From positions 607 through 64,606 of the forward strand of contig CAYYPV010000008.1 in NCBI GenBank assembly GCA_964473665.1: 64,000 nt of DNA, in the 5' to 3' direction. This document shows, piece after piece, positions 50,651 through 60,962 of the stretch. The translations under genes and the position numbers were made by a program. Origin of the DNA: an uncultured Candidatus Bathyarchaeia archaeon (GTDB lineage Archaea > Thermoproteota > Bathyarchaeia > RBG-16-48-13 > CAYPFQ01). The stretch's first letter is position 1; each line of letters begins with the position of its first letter. A model generated the notes under the pieces. That model had not been told where the DNA came from and did no database searches. It saw only the letters and a program-made list of their open reading frames with translations.

Positions 50651-51415
50651 CTAGGCTAAGACTTTATTTATAGCGTCCTTAAATTCAGCGGCAGCTTTCG
50701 AAGGATTTTCTGCTTCGAAAATTGCACGACCTATTATTAGGTACTTTGAACCTGCCTTTACGGTTTCTATGATATTTCCACCTTGAATGACTAAGCCGGG
50801 TGAATAAATTGGAATCCGACCTTTGAGTATTTTATTAACGGCCCTTATTTTGTCAGGGTATGTTGCACCAACAATAACCCCTGCAGCACCCCAATTAAGT
50901 GCTTTTCCAGCAAAGATCTCGTACTGCATTTTAGCTATACCAGTTTTGGAATCCAGAACTTTCTGTCCATAACCTTCATCAGAGCCTTTATGACTCATGT
51001 AGACAAGTAAAATGACACCTCCGTCTTTATTTTCAGCTGTTTCAAACACTGGCTTTATTCCTTCTTCCCACCCCACAAAGGGGCTTGCAGTAACTGCGTC
51101 AAAGCCTAAATTGAAATAGTGTTCAGCGATTGACCTATTTGTGTGACCTACGTCGTTTATTTTACAGTCCATTATTGCTGGAAGACCTAGTTCATGGGCT
51201 AAATTAACTATTTTTTCTGTTCCATCTTTAAGTCCGAGTGGAAGAACTATTTGTCGGTTTAATTTAACTGCACAAATGAAGGCAGCTGTTTCTTTTAGAG
51301 TATTTAGGCTACGTTGAAGGAGTAGCTTTGGGTCAGCGATGGTGTAGTCGAGTGCTAATACTATGTTTGATTTATTCTTCTTTGAAGCTTTTTCAATCCG
51401 TTTATTATAGGTCAT
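50651..51415 (-). CDS. pyrF: Orotidine-5'-phosphate decarboxylase
   Basis: LALD, DCKINDVGHT, MSH, SPG..QGG, IIGRAI. Likely start is ATG 51415. Confidence 0.9.
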   Translation of the reverse strand: MTYNKRIEKASKKNKSNIVLALDYTIADPKLLLQRSLNTLKETAAFICAVKLNRQIVLPLGLKDGTEKIVNLAHELGLPAIMDCKINDVGHTNRSIAEHYFNLGFDAVTASPFVGWEEGIKPVFETAENKDGGVILLVYMSHKGSDEGYGQKVLDSKTGIAKMQYEIFAGKALNWGAAGVIVGATYPDKIRAVNKILKGRIPIYSPGLVIQGGNIIETVKAGSKYLIIGRAIFEAENPSKAAAEFKDAINKVLA

Positions 51416-51488
51416 TATGTTTATCCTCACCAAATTTGTTCGCAACCGATATATGTCCTTATAGGATAACCCTTCAACATGAGGTTTA

Positions 51489-52220
51489 ATGATGTCAACC
51501 CCTAATGTTAAAGAAAATGTCACTTTGAAGGTTGCCGGAGAAATCATCCTTTCAAACGAACCTGGCGTAACGATGAAGAAGTGGCGAGAAATTTTCGGCG
51601 TATCCCAGATAAAATTAGCTACGAAAATGAACGTATCCCCATCAGTAATTAGTGACTATGAAGGCGGTAGAAGACCGTCGCCTGGAACACGTTTCTTAAG
51701 GAGATTTGTAGAATCCCTAGTTGCTATTGATGAGGAGGAAGGGGGAAAACTTCTAAGAGAGTTTTCGCGAATTGGGGGCATTCCAACGGGCGCCATTTTA
51801 GATATTAAAGAATTTCCTGCGCCGGTTTTGGCTAGAGAATTATGCAAGATTGTGGACGGCAAAGTTTTGACAGGGAGCCAACTGTTGGATCGAAATATAT
51901 ACGGGTATACTGTCGTAGACAGTGTGAAGGCAATATTGGCACTTACTGATTTTACTCCCATATTTGGTTCTACTACTGAGAGGGCGTTGGTATTTGTTAA
52001 CGTTAGTTTCGGTCGTTCCCCGATGATAGCTGTTAGAGTTGCACCGCTGAAGCCCAGACTAGTTGTTCTCCATAAACCAGAAAAGCCGGATGAGGTGGCT
52101 ATAAAACTAGCAGAAATTGAACACATCCCGCTAGTTGTTTCAGAAATGCCTGATTCTAGCTCCCTAATCAGAGCCTTAAAGGAGCTATATTCGACGGTGA
52201 GCAAGAAGCAATCTGCGTAG
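51489..52220 (+). CDS. Archaeal XRE-family HTH transcriptional regulator (COG1709-like)
   Basis: AGEIILS, KWRE.F..SQ, VISDYEGGRR.SPG, GRSPMIAVR. Confidence 0.85.
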   Translation: MMSTPNVKENVTLKVAGEIILSNEPGVTMKKWREIFGVSQIKLATKMNVSPSVISDYEGGRRPSPGTRFLRRFVESLVAIDEEEGGKLLREFSRIGGIPTGAILDIKEFPAPVLARELCKIVDGKVLTGSQLLDRNIYGYTVVDSVKAILALTDFTPIFGSTTERALVFVNVSFGRSPMIAVRVAPLKPRLVVLHKPEKPDEVAIKLAEIEHIPLVVSEMPDSSSLIRALKELYSTVSKKQSA

Positions 52221-52292
52221 GTAATAGAAATTCTAGTTAAAGATTAACCTTAAAAGATAGAGCTTAACCCTTAATGTGAGTTATGGCTAAGG

Positions 52293-53096
52293 TTGAATGG
52301 CCAATTGGATTTTTCAGTCATATTAATAAGTATAATTGTTTTTGCTGTGATCGGCGTCGTTTCGTTAAGGTTTAAACTGCTTAATCCAAGCGGCACAGTT
52401 GCAAGCCTGTTTGTGGGATTTGTAATCCTTCTATTCGGCGGATTAAAGTGCCTTGCACTTGTGTTGGTATTCTTTGCTTTAGCTATGTTTTTTACAAGGT
52501 TTAAGTTTGGTAAAGAGGGATACCTGCTTAACGGTGAAATAAGGACTTGGCGTAACGTTTTAGCTAATGGCGGTGTCGCAACTTTTTTTATTATAGTTGA
52601 AGGCTTAATGCCGTTCAACATATTTATAATAGGATTCCTCGGAGCGATTAGTACAACTACAGCGGACACGCTTGCTACTGAGATAGGATTACTTAACCCT
52701 CGTAATCCGAGATTGATTACTGACCTCAATAAAGAAGTACCTGCTGGAACTTCTGGTGGAATATCTCCGCTTGGAGAGATCGCGATGCTAGGAAGTGTAT
52801 TTATTATAGGCCTTGCTGCATGGGTTCTGGGAATTCATCCTGCTACATGGTCTATTTATAATATCCTTTTTGTGGTGGTTATCTCGGGGTTAATCGGTGG
52901 GACTGTTGATAGCGTTCTAGGTGCTACTATTCAAGGAAAATACAAATGTTCGGTGTGCGGAAGGTTAACTGATAACCGTGTGCACTGCGATAAACCCACA
53001 ATTTACATTAAGGGTTGGAAATCGATTGATAACGATACTGTAAACTTTTTGTCAACGTTAATCGGCGCATTAGTTGCAATAATTTTAATTCTTTGA
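52293..53096 (+). CDS. DUF92 (TMEM19/VTE6-like) membrane protein
   Basis: NVLANG, ADTLATEIG, GTSGGIS, DSVLGAT.Q, NDTVNF. Confidence 0.88.
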   Translation: MNGQLDFSVILISIIVFAVIGVVSLRFKLLNPSGTVASLFVGFVILLFGGLKCLALVLVFFALAMFFTRFKFGKEGYLLNGEIRTWRNVLANGGVATFFIIVEGLMPFNIFIIGFLGAISTTTADTLATEIGLLNPRNPRLITDLNKEVPAGTSGGISPLGEIAMLGSVFIIGLAAWVLGIHPATWSIYNILFVVVISGLIGGTVDSVLGATIQGKYKCSVCGRLTDNRVHCDKPTIYIKGWKSIDNDTVNFLSTLIGALVAIILIL

Positions 53097-53421
53097 TAAT
53101 TTTAAAAGCCATCCTAACATATCGTTAGCGAAAGAAATTAAGATAAACACCGGCCTTTATCTTTACAAACTTTTACTTAACCCAATAATCAACGCTTGTT
53201 TGACCCTATTCTTCGCTCCTAACATCTTGATTTTAACTTTTCCTCACTTTCTTACAAATTCAATTAAAAGGCTTTACCTGCTCACGGAGTTTTTAACAAG
53301 GTTTGTCCGAATATGTTCTCCATTAATAATTATTCCTGTACGATAGGTGGAAGCGCCGTAAAATTCCAATTCTAAATGGATGAAATAGGCTAGTTCGAAA
53401 AAAGGTTTTAGCAAAACTAAT

Positions 53422-53442
53422 ATTAGCTCAAATGGAGCTAAT
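53422..53442. promoter_or_regulatory. 8-bp inverted repeat, possible operator
   Basis: ATTAGCTC-AAATG-GAGCTAAT about 75 bp upstream of ORF 53516. Confidence 0.25.
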
Positions 53443-53515
53443 TTTGAAATAATTTGAAATACAACTTAACCTTACTAATATTTTATTAACTCTATGTAGA
53501 TGTAGGTGATATGCG

Positions 53516-53995
53516 ATGAATTTTCCCGCGGAAGTTACTGTTAGTCAACTTAGAGCTTTCCTCAGATTAGTTTGTGGCTCAGAAGAAACTACGCATGTGC
53601 ATACGGTAGCGTCAGAGCTTCATATGAATCTTACAAGACTTCTCCCAATACTCGATGCAGCGGAAATACTTGGCTTAGTAACTGTAGAGAAGGGAGAGAT
53701 TAAGCGTACAAAAGATGGAAATAACGCGTGTATGAGGTGGGAAAGCGTCCCTGTGATGGGCGGCGCTCTTTCAAAGGTGGAGCCCTTTACTACAGCTTTA
53801 AAATTCGAAAAAAAGTTCAGTGGAGAAGATGTTGCAAAGAAGCTTTCACATAAGGGAATAAGATGGCACCATGAAAATGAATTGAACTCCTTAATTGTAG
53901 GTGAAATACTGATTCGCTGGGGCATTCGTTCAGGATTATTCGATTATGACGGCTCGGTCTTCACTCGCAAAATTAGACCCGATGGGTCAAGTTAG
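53516..53995 (+). CDS. Stand-alone AAA-associated C-terminal (winged-helix-like) domain protein
   Basis: [14 protein letters not shown]...GEI and LIRWG...GLFDYD resemble the domain normally at the C-terminus of NitT/TauT ATPases. Confidence 0.65.
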   Translation: MNFPAEVTVSQLRAFLRLVCGSEETTHVHTVASELHMNLTRLLPILDAAEILGLVTVEKGEIKRTKDGNNACMRWESVPVMGGALSKVEPFTTALKFEKKFSGEDVAKKLSHKGIRWHHENELNSLIVGEILIRWGIRSGLFDYDGSVFTRKIRPDGSS

Positions 53996-54790
53996 AAGAG
54001 AATATATTTTATCTACATATTTATGGAAATCTTGAGAATTTTTATTCCTAGGTCTATCTAAATCGATCTGCATATCCTCAATTATCTTGGCGGGCCTATT
54101 CGACAGGATTACTGCTCTATCAGCCAGTTCGACTATTTCTTCAACATCGTGGCTTACCATCAACACTACTGCGATGGGGGATTCGGTACCTATTAAGAGT
54201 GAGTAGATTTCGCTCCTCAAATGCTCTGCAGTCAGGCCGTCCAACGCATTAAACGGTTCATCCATTAATAGTATCTCGGGTTCGACTGCTAACGCTCTCG
54301 CTATTCCTACCCTTTGCTTCATGCCTCCACTTAGTTCGCCGGGGTACATTTTCTCGAAGCCTTTGAGGCCTACGTCATCAATCACCTTCAACGCCTTCAT
54401 TTGACACTGATTCGACGCTAATTTGCACCTCGATAGCAAGGGAATTTCTATATTATCTAATACATTTTTCCATGGAAACAAAGCGAAATTCTGGAAAATC
54501 ATGAATACCTCATCAGTTGGACTATCCACCTCGCGACCCTTGATTTTAATTGTGCCTGAAGATGGATGCTGCAATCCCGCTATTAACCTCATCAGAGAAG
54601 ACTTACCGCAACCCGAATGCCCGGTTATCGCTACGAATTCGTTCTTTGTTGCGGTGAAAGTGATGTCATCTATCACCTTTAGGCTCTCTTTTCCAATCTG
54701 GTAACTGAGACCTACATGTTCCACAGTGAGCAAAGGAGAAGGGATGCCCACGTCCTGTGAATTTATTCTCGTTTCATTTCCAACTGCCAT
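53987..54790 (-). CDS. NitT/TauT family ABC transporter ATP-binding protein
   Basis: [31 protein letters not shown]. Confidence 0.92.
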   Translation of the reverse strand: MAVGNETRINSQDVGIPSPLLTVEHVGLSYQIGKESLKVIDDITFTATKNEFVAITGHSGCGKSSLMRLIAGLQHPSSGTIKIKGREVDSPTDEVFMIFQNFALFPWKNVLDNIEIPLLSRCKLASNQCQMKALKVIDDVGLKGFEKMYPGELSGGMKQRVGIARALAVEPEILLMDEPFNALDGLTAEHLRSEIYSLLIGTESPIAVVLMVSHDVEEIVELADRAVILSNRPAKIIEDMQIDLDRPRNKNSQDFHKYVDKIYSLLT

Positions 54791-54805
54791 GTCTGTTTGT
54801 CCTCT

Positions 54806-56419
54806 TTATCTTCTATACGAGAACCTCGTCGTTGTATATTTGTATAATCTTCTCCAGAAAATAATATTCACGGTTAATATGAGTACTGTCATTGAGAAAA
54901 TAGTTAGCCCCATAAGAAGCAGGTCGCTGGTATTGGTAGCTACGTTAAGCAGTACACCAATTCCATTAGAAACCCGGGTAATCACAGACCCTGATATATT
55001 GAAATATTCGGCGACTATTAACGTGTTCCATGCTGCTCCAATTCCAGTTATTGAACCTGTAACGAATGAGGGAAGGACAGCTGGGATTAGTACATTTTTC
55101 CAATAAGCCCAACCCTTCAGTCTCATGAGTTTTGATAACTCAAATATTTCATTCGGAATCGACCGAATTCCGGCTATCACGTTGAAGATAATGTACCAGA
55201 TAGTACCAAGAAAAATTACTATTGCAGCTGTCACCTCGCCGCTGTAGGGCAAAGTAGCTACTATTATCGCGATGGGGGGAAGGAGTGCTGTTGCGGGAAT
55301 TGAGGATATTATTTGCAGAACCGGTAATCCGGTGTGATAAAGCTTGGAATGCAAGGCAACAACAATTCCAAGTGGAAGCCCGACTGCTACAGAAATAATG
55401 TAAACGTACCAAACTCTGACGAATGAGTATGCAAGCCCAACTAGAACTGTTGACTCCTTACTAGCTATAACGCTGAAAGATATGCCTGCCGCAGCAAACA
55501 GGTGGAAAATTTCAGTCACAATTATGACCAACACGCCTACTATTATCAAGGCGGCTACAATTTTGAGGAATTTAGTGTTGCGCGGTTTTACTGCATGCGT
55601 CTGTTTAGCGTGGACTACAGGTGACGGAGTTGTCGGCAGACGAAGAGACATTGGCTTTGAAAGCACGGAGAAGACTTTGGACGCTGCGCGTGTGTTTATC
55701 CAAGAATAAAAGCGGTATATCGGATCCTTTCTAACTGGGCGTGGCTCTTCAATTATTTTGAACTTTTCGGACCAAGTCGAAAACTCTCCGAGGAAAAAGA
55801 ACCATGTCAGTATAACTGCAATGATGAATATTCCTATTGCAACTGCATATGCGCTCCAGTTTCCTTGAGAAGAAAATGTCGCTATGTCCACCCCGATTCC
55901 ATGTGTCACATGGTAGTTTTTGGTTCCCAGTGAAAATATTTCGCTTGAGATAAGGTAAAAGAGCCCCACCGACCAAGAAACAGCCGAGTTGTAAGCGACC
56001 TTGGACCAGCTTGCTGGGATGTACAGCCCAGTTATTCTTCTCCATAATCCTAGCTTCCCGATAGAGGCGAGGTCAAAATACTCCTGCGGGATGGATAAAA
56101 CCGCCTCGTAGACTGCAAACGATATGTTCCAAGACATGCTTGTGAATATGAGAAATATAACCGCGATGTTTACGCCGACCCAACCAGGAAAGAGCGCGAC
56201 AAAGACGACTAGGGCTACGGGGAAAAATCCTAATATAGGTATCGACTGAAGCACGTCGAGGGCAGGTATTATTATTCTGTTGGCAGTTCTATTTCGCGCC
56301 GCCGCTATTCCTACAACCCAGCTGAAGATGATGCTAACGATAAGTGCCAACGACATTCTTACCCATGAATAGGCAGTGTCAGCCAAGAGGCCTATAATCT
56401 GTTGGCCAATCATATGCAT
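54806..56419 (-). CDS. NitT/TauT family ABC permease with duplicated membrane domains
   Basis: Two BPD_transp_1-like repeats: DVLQSIPILGFFP and SSIPATALLP; GAAWNTLIVAEY. Confidence 0.88.
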   Translation of the reverse strand: MHMIGQQIIGLLADTAYSWVRMSLALIVSIIFSWVVGIAAARNRTANRIIIPALDVLQSIPILGFFPVALVVFVALFPGWVGVNIAVIFLIFTSMSWNISFAVYEAVLSIPQEYFDLASIGKLGLWRRITGLYIPASWSKVAYNSAVSWSVGLFYLISSEIFSLGTKNYHVTHGIGVDIATFSSQGNWSAYAVAIGIFIIAVILTWFFFLGEFSTWSEKFKIIEEPRPVRKDPIYRFYSWINTRAASKVFSVLSKPMSLRLPTTPSPVVHAKQTHAVKPRNTKFLKIVAALIIVGVLVIIVTEIFHLFAAAGISFSVIASKESTVLVGLAYSFVRVWYVYIISVAVGLPLGIVVALHSKLYHTGLPVLQIISSIPATALLPPIAIIVATLPYSGEVTAAIVIFLGTIWYIIFNVIAGIRSIPNEIFELSKLMRLKGWAYWKNVLIPAVLPSFVTGSITGIGAAWNTLIVAEYFNISGSVITRVSNGIGVLLNVATNTSDLLLMGLTIFSMTVLILTVNIIFWRRLYKYTTTRFSYRR

Positions 56420-57056
56420 TACACCTTTTCTTCTTTTTTTAAATTTTAGCAGCTAGCGCCTTCATCAATCGACTCCTTAATTAAATTCGTTTAGAAAATC
56501 GCGTTTCGCTTATACGTTTATCGGTATATTTTGCCGTTTACTCAAATATGGAACTGGCCTTTAATGCATCACTCGCCTCATTTGATAACAATGACTAATT
56601 TCGATTAGACCTGCGCCTAACTAAATGTGAATAAAAGAAGATTCACTAACAAATAGATTTTTAGTAGACAGCTAATCATTTAGTTTCCATGCGAAGAAGG
56701 GCTGAAAGGCTGAGATAGCCTTTAAGGCCAAAAAAATACGGTAATAAACATTGAATTGAAGAACATACTTACGAAGCCAAAGCGTCCAATAATTAAGATA
56801 TTTAACCTAATCCATGCGGTTTATATTTTTTGGGATAAACTGGTGTCAAAAAATCCTGTTGCTTATATAAGGCTTCACGACCTTGAAAGTAGATATAATT
56901 ACGGTTACATTTACACTAGTAAAGACCTGAAAAGTTGCTTGAGAAAGTACAGCAGTTAAAGGGTAAAAAAGAAATGTTCATTCTTTTCAATAATACTGCT
57001 ATGCAAGATTCATCTAATCTATTTCGAAATATGTTTAGGGTGCAGGGTGTGGAGAT

Positions 57057-57968
57057 TTGATTTACGATGTATTAATTGTTGGAGCTGGTCCAGCAGGCTT
57101 TGCTGCCGCTATCTACGCGGCTAGAAGAAAGGCGGCAACAGTGATACTTGAGGCTGAAAGTATTGGGGGACAAATAGCGAAGGCTCACCTTGTGGAGAAT
57201 TATCCTGGAATAATGAATATTAGCGGGCTTGATCTGGCTAAGGCGATGAGTGAGCAGGTAAAGGCGTTGGGAGTTGAGATCAGATATGAAAAAGTTGTTG
57301 ATCTCAATAAAGACAACGATTCATTTGTAGCAAGGACTGATAAAGGGGAGTATAAAGCGAGGACCGTTATTTTGGCGACTGGTGCGCAGCCGAGAAAACT
57401 TGGCACTTCAGACGAGGACAAATACGTTGGAAAAGGAGTTTCCTACTGTGCGATATGCGATGCACCTTTCTTTAAAGGTAAAGCTGTTGCGATTGCTGGA
57501 GGTGGTGACGCAGCGGTTAAGTCAGCTTTGCTTCTAGCTGAGTATGCTGGCAAAGTGTATCTTATACATAGAAGGAGTGAATTGAGAGCGGAGGAGGTTG
57601 TGCAAGAAAAACTTTTTGCCAATAAGAAAGTGGAAGTGCTCTGGAATAAGATAATCACTGGGATAAGAGGGGAAAGCATGGTTGAAGAAATTGAGTTACA
57701 GGATACTCAAACGGCTGAGAAGACGAATATGAAGGTTAGTGGGGTTTTTGTTGAAATTGGCGGAGTACCCGCTGGGGTTTTAGCAGGGAAGTTGGGGGTT
57801 GAAGTTGACGATAAAGGTTACGTGAAAGTTGACAAAGGTCAGAGAACAAATATTTCAGGTTTTTTTGCAGCGGGCGACATTACAGATTTTTCATTAAAGC
57901 AGGTTTCCACAGCAGTAGGACAGGGAGCAACAGCTGCAACAAATGCATGTGAATTCACCGGAAAGTAA
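57057..57968 (+). CDS. trxB: Thioredoxin reductase
   Basis: GAGPAG, VENYPG, SYCAICD, GGGDAA, HRR, AAGD. Confidence 0.93.
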   Translation: MIYDVLIVGAGPAGFAAAIYAARRKAATVILEAESIGGQIAKAHLVENYPGIMNISGLDLAKAMSEQVKALGVEIRYEKVVDLNKDNDSFVARTDKGEYKARTVILATGAQPRKLGTSDEDKYVGKGVSYCAICDAPFFKGKAVAIAGGGDAAVKSALLLAEYAGKVYLIHRRSELRAEEVVQEKLFANKKVEVLWNKIITGIRGESMVEEIELQDTQTAEKTNMKVSGVFVEIGGVPAGVLAGKLGVEVDDKGYVKVDKGQRTNISGFFAAGDITDFSLKQVSTAVGQGATAATNACEFTGK

Positions 57969-57972
57969 ATGT

Positions 57973-59154
57973 TTATTTTTCTTCTTCCAAATCGAGCTCG
58001 AATAAGTCCCCACGCCTAAGACCTTTAAGTTTGTGGGCTACTTTCTTGGCTTCTTCTTCGGTTATTGATAAACCGAGAGAATCTAGAAGGAATGCAGCGG
58101 CATGCTTTCCTGAGGATTCGCCGAAAACTACGCGTCGGGTGTTTCCTACTAGTTTAGGTGGAAATGGTTCGTAAGTGGCTGGGTTTTGCAAGATAGCGGA
58201 TATGTGAGTTCCGCTCTTATGTCTGAAGGCGTTCTTGCTTACTATTGGTGCAAAGTCCGATGTAGGAATACCAGAGTAGGATGCGACGAATTGGGATAAT
58301 TCTTCAAGCATATCTGTTCTGACTTTCAGTTTAACACCTTGGCATATCAAAGCCATTGTAACTTCTGCCAATGAAGGGATTCCGGTCCTTTCACCTAGTC
58401 CATTGACTGTGACGTGGACTTGATCGGCTCCAGCCTCTAGGCCAGCCATAGAATTTGCTAAAGCGAAGCCCAGATCATTGTGGCAATGTATATCAAGCGG
58501 AACATTTACGACCTCCCGAACGGTTTTTACGAGATTATATACCCCTTGTGGACGAAGAATCCCAACTGTGTCGGTTACACTTATTCTGTCGGCGCCAGCT
58601 TCCGCGATGCTCTTACAGAATTTTTTAAGAAAAGCGGGTTCGGTTCTGCTGCCGTCTTCAGGTGTAAACCGCAGTTTTAGACCATGTTTCTTTGCGTATT
58701 CGATCGAGGTTACAGCTCTTTCGATGGCTTCTTCATGATTTATTTTTAGTTTACTCATCATCTGTATGTCTGAAACTGATAGGTACATCGCTATCCATTT
58801 AGCGTCGCATCTTAGAGCTACATCGATGTCTTCTTCTAGAGCTCTAAGATGGGCAACTACGTCGGCGCTTAATCCTTGATGAATTAATGTTTTACAAACT
58901 TCTTCATGTTCACGGGTGACTACTGGGCTTATTTCAATCATGTTTACACCGAATCTGTCAAGCATCCAAGCCAGTTGAAGTCGTTGACTTTTTGTGAAAG
59001 AAACTCCGGGCGCTTGTTCACCTTCTCGCAAAGTTGAGTCCAGAATTTGCACTTTCTCAGGAAGCTTGCTAGGAGGATTGTATGTGTTTGTGGAGGGATT
59101 TAGAAGTAAGTTCTCTTCTCTTGAGCGTCCTTTATAGAAAAATGGGCTGCTCAT
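57973..59154 (-). CDS. Homocitrate/isopropylmalate synthase family (DRE-TIM), no regulatory domain
   Basis: DSTLREGEQ, HCHNDLG, NGLGERTG, AFRHKSGTH. Confidence 0.88.
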   Translation of the reverse strand: MSSPFFYKGRSREENLLLNPSTNTYNPPSKLPEKVQILDSTLREGEQAPGVSFTKSQRLQLAWMLDRFGVNMIEISPVVTREHEEVCKTLIHQGLSADVVAHLRALEEDIDVALRCDAKWIAMYLSVSDIQMMSKLKINHEEAIERAVTSIEYAKKHGLKLRFTPEDGSRTEPAFLKKFCKSIAEAGADRISVTDTVGILRPQGVYNLVKTVREVVNVPLDIHCHNDLGFALANSMAGLEAGADQVHVTVNGLGERTGIPSLAEVTMALICQGVKLKVRTDMLEELSQFVASYSGIPTSDFAPIVSKNAFRHKSGTHISAILQNPATYEPFPPKLVGNTRRVVFGESSGKHAAAFLLDSLGLSITEEEAKKVAHKLKGLRRGDLFELDLEEEK

Positions 59155-59448
59155 TCTACCACCTTATTTACGCTCAACACAGTATAAGGGGCATTATATA
59201 AAGTTTTTAGTAAAAATAATCATTTTTTCGTATTTATATGTATAATTTTTGGAAAATATTCGTAATTTATTTTCTATTCACGTCTAATTCACCGGTAGGC
59301 GTGGATAAATATTGGTCAATGCTCAACATCTCTGTTACATTCTGAAAAATGTTATCTTAAATCTGAGTTGATGTTTTTCACTAAGCGGAGATACGCCTAA
59401 TTTTATATCCTAGGCTATCACTATAAGAGAGGAAACTGGTTGATAACG

Positions 59449-59712
59449 ATGGCTAAAAATTCATTTATAGTTGTTGCAGCCGTTGGGAAAGATAGGCCTG
59501 GCTTGATTGCTGGTTTATCTTCCGCAGTAGCTTCAATAAATGGAAACATTGAGGATATGGACGAAGTTGTTTTGAGAAATTCAGTATTTGTTATGTCAAT
59601 GGTTGTTGACATTTCTCTTACTAAAAAGAATTTTAATGAAGTAAAGGGAATTCTTGCAACGAAAGGTCAAAGACTTGGGTTAAAAGTTCTAGTCGATCGC
59701 GTTGATCTTTAG
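59449..59712 (+). CDS. Stand-alone ACT domain protein
   Basis: GKDRPGLIA...GNIED...FVMSMVVD. Confidence 0.8.
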   Translation: MAKNSFIVVAAVGKDRPGLIAGLSSAVASINGNIEDMDEVVLRNSVFVMSMVVDISLTKKNFNEVKGILATKGQRLGLKVLVDRVDL

Positions 59713-59722
59713 GCGCTTGAAA

Positions 59723-60646
59723 ATGGATAAAAAAATAGTAGTCACAATTGTTGGTAGAGATCGCCCAGGAATAGTTGCGGGCATAACAACTGCTCTCGCG
59801 AATCTTAATGCGAACATAGTTAAGGCCAGAGCGTCTTCATTATCCGATTTGTTCTTAATGATGCTTGTAATTGACGTTAAAGAAGTTAAGGTTCCATTAA
59901 GTGGATTGTTGGATAAACTGAAAAGTGAAGGGGAAAAGGTGGGGGTTGGGGTTTCAGTGGAGACAGGGGATAATTACAAGAAGGAAAAGCGGCTGATCGT
60001 CCTCGATATGGATGATACTGTTGTAGATACAGAAGTTATTAATGAACTGGCCAAAATGGCTGGAGTTGAAAAAGAGGTAAAAGCCATAACAGCAGCTGCT
60101 ATGGAAGGAAAAATGGAATTTAAAGAAGCCTTAACTAAGAGGGTGGGGCTCCTTAAAGGATTGCCCGTTAAAAAAATTTACGAATTCAGAAGCAGAATCC
60201 CCATTGTTCCCGGCGCTCTGGAAGTTATTTCCGAATTGAAAAAAACGGGTTTTGTTACTGTTTTGATGACTGGAAGCTTCGACATTGTAGCTAATTATGT
60301 TGGAAAGAAACTTGGATTCGACTATGTTTTCGCTAATAAGCTTATGGTTAAAAATGGTAAACTCACAGGTGAAGTCAAAGGCAAAGTTCTGAGCCCAGAA
60401 TCGAAACTTGAATTATTAAAAAAAATAGCTAAAAAGGAAGATATACCACTAGAAGAGTGCGCCGCTGTAGGTGACGGTGCAAACGATCTTCTGATAATTA
60501 AGAATGCTGGCTTAGGCATCGGCTTTAATCCTAAGAAGCTCATAAAAAAGGAGGCTGACGCATTCGTTAACGTGAAAGATTTGAAAGTGCTTCTTGCATT
60601 TGTCGGCGGTGGAAAACTTAGAGAAGACATTAAGAGCCGTCTATAA
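59723..60646 (+). CDS. serB: Phosphoserine phosphatase with N-terminal ACT domain
   Basis: GRDRPGIVA ACT domain; HAD motifs DMDDT, TGSF, GDGANDL. Likely start is ATG 59723. Confidence 0.9.
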   Translation: MDKKIVVTIVGRDRPGIVAGITTALANLNANIVKARASSLSDLFLMMLVIDVKEVKVPLSGLLDKLKSEGEKVGVGVSVETGDNYKKEKRLIVLDMDDTVVDTEVINELAKMAGVEKEVKAITAAAMEGKMEFKEALTKRVGLLKGLPVKKIYEFRSRIPIVPGALEVISELKKTGFVTVLMTGSFDIVANYVGKKLGFDYVFANKLMVKNGKLTGEVKGKVLSPESKLELLKKIAKKEDIPLEECAAVGDGANDLLIIKNAGLGIGFNPKKLIKKEADAFVNVKDLKVLLAFVGGGKLREDIKSRL

Positions 60647-60666
60647 TATTTCGAAGTGATTTTTTT

Positions 60667-60885
60667 ATGACTTGTTACTTTAGGCATCTTCAGACGATTT
60701 TTAAGAAGGCGGGAATAAAAGTTACGAGTGAAAATAAACAAAAAGTTGACAGAGTCATTCACAGCATTGTGGGTGTCAAATATAAGAATTGCCCAGCTGT
60801 TTGGAGAGAGGTTAAGAAGAGTATAGCGGAAGATGAAGAGGGTTTCATTTCTAAGTTGAAACAGGCATGGAGGAAACAAGCATAA
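60667..60885 (+). CDS. Small hypothetical protein
   Basis: 72-aa ORF (MTCYFRHL...CPAVW) 20 nt downstream of serB. Confidence 0.6.
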   Translation: MTCYFRHLQTIFKKAGIKVTSENKQKVDRVIHSIVGVKYKNCPAVWREVKKSIAEDEEGFISKLKQAWRKQA

Positions 60886-60962
60886 GCTATACGTAGTTAA
60901 TTACAGAAACATGAAGAAATTCTGAAAAAAATGTATATATTACATATAGCAAAAAATGGGGC

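Noticed and set aside
51656..52729. Long antisense ORFs (182 aa and 152 aa; likewise 60322..60879 and 47236..47649)
   Set aside because: They are shadows of well-supported genes on the other strand and have no motifs.
56420..57056. Long intergenic region with short hairpins (GTGAAT-N8-ATTCAC; AAAGGCT-N5-AGCCTTT) and a 67-aa ORF
   Set aside because: Stems of 6-7 bp are expected by chance in AT-rich DNA; no tRNA, CRISPR or IS-end pattern visible.
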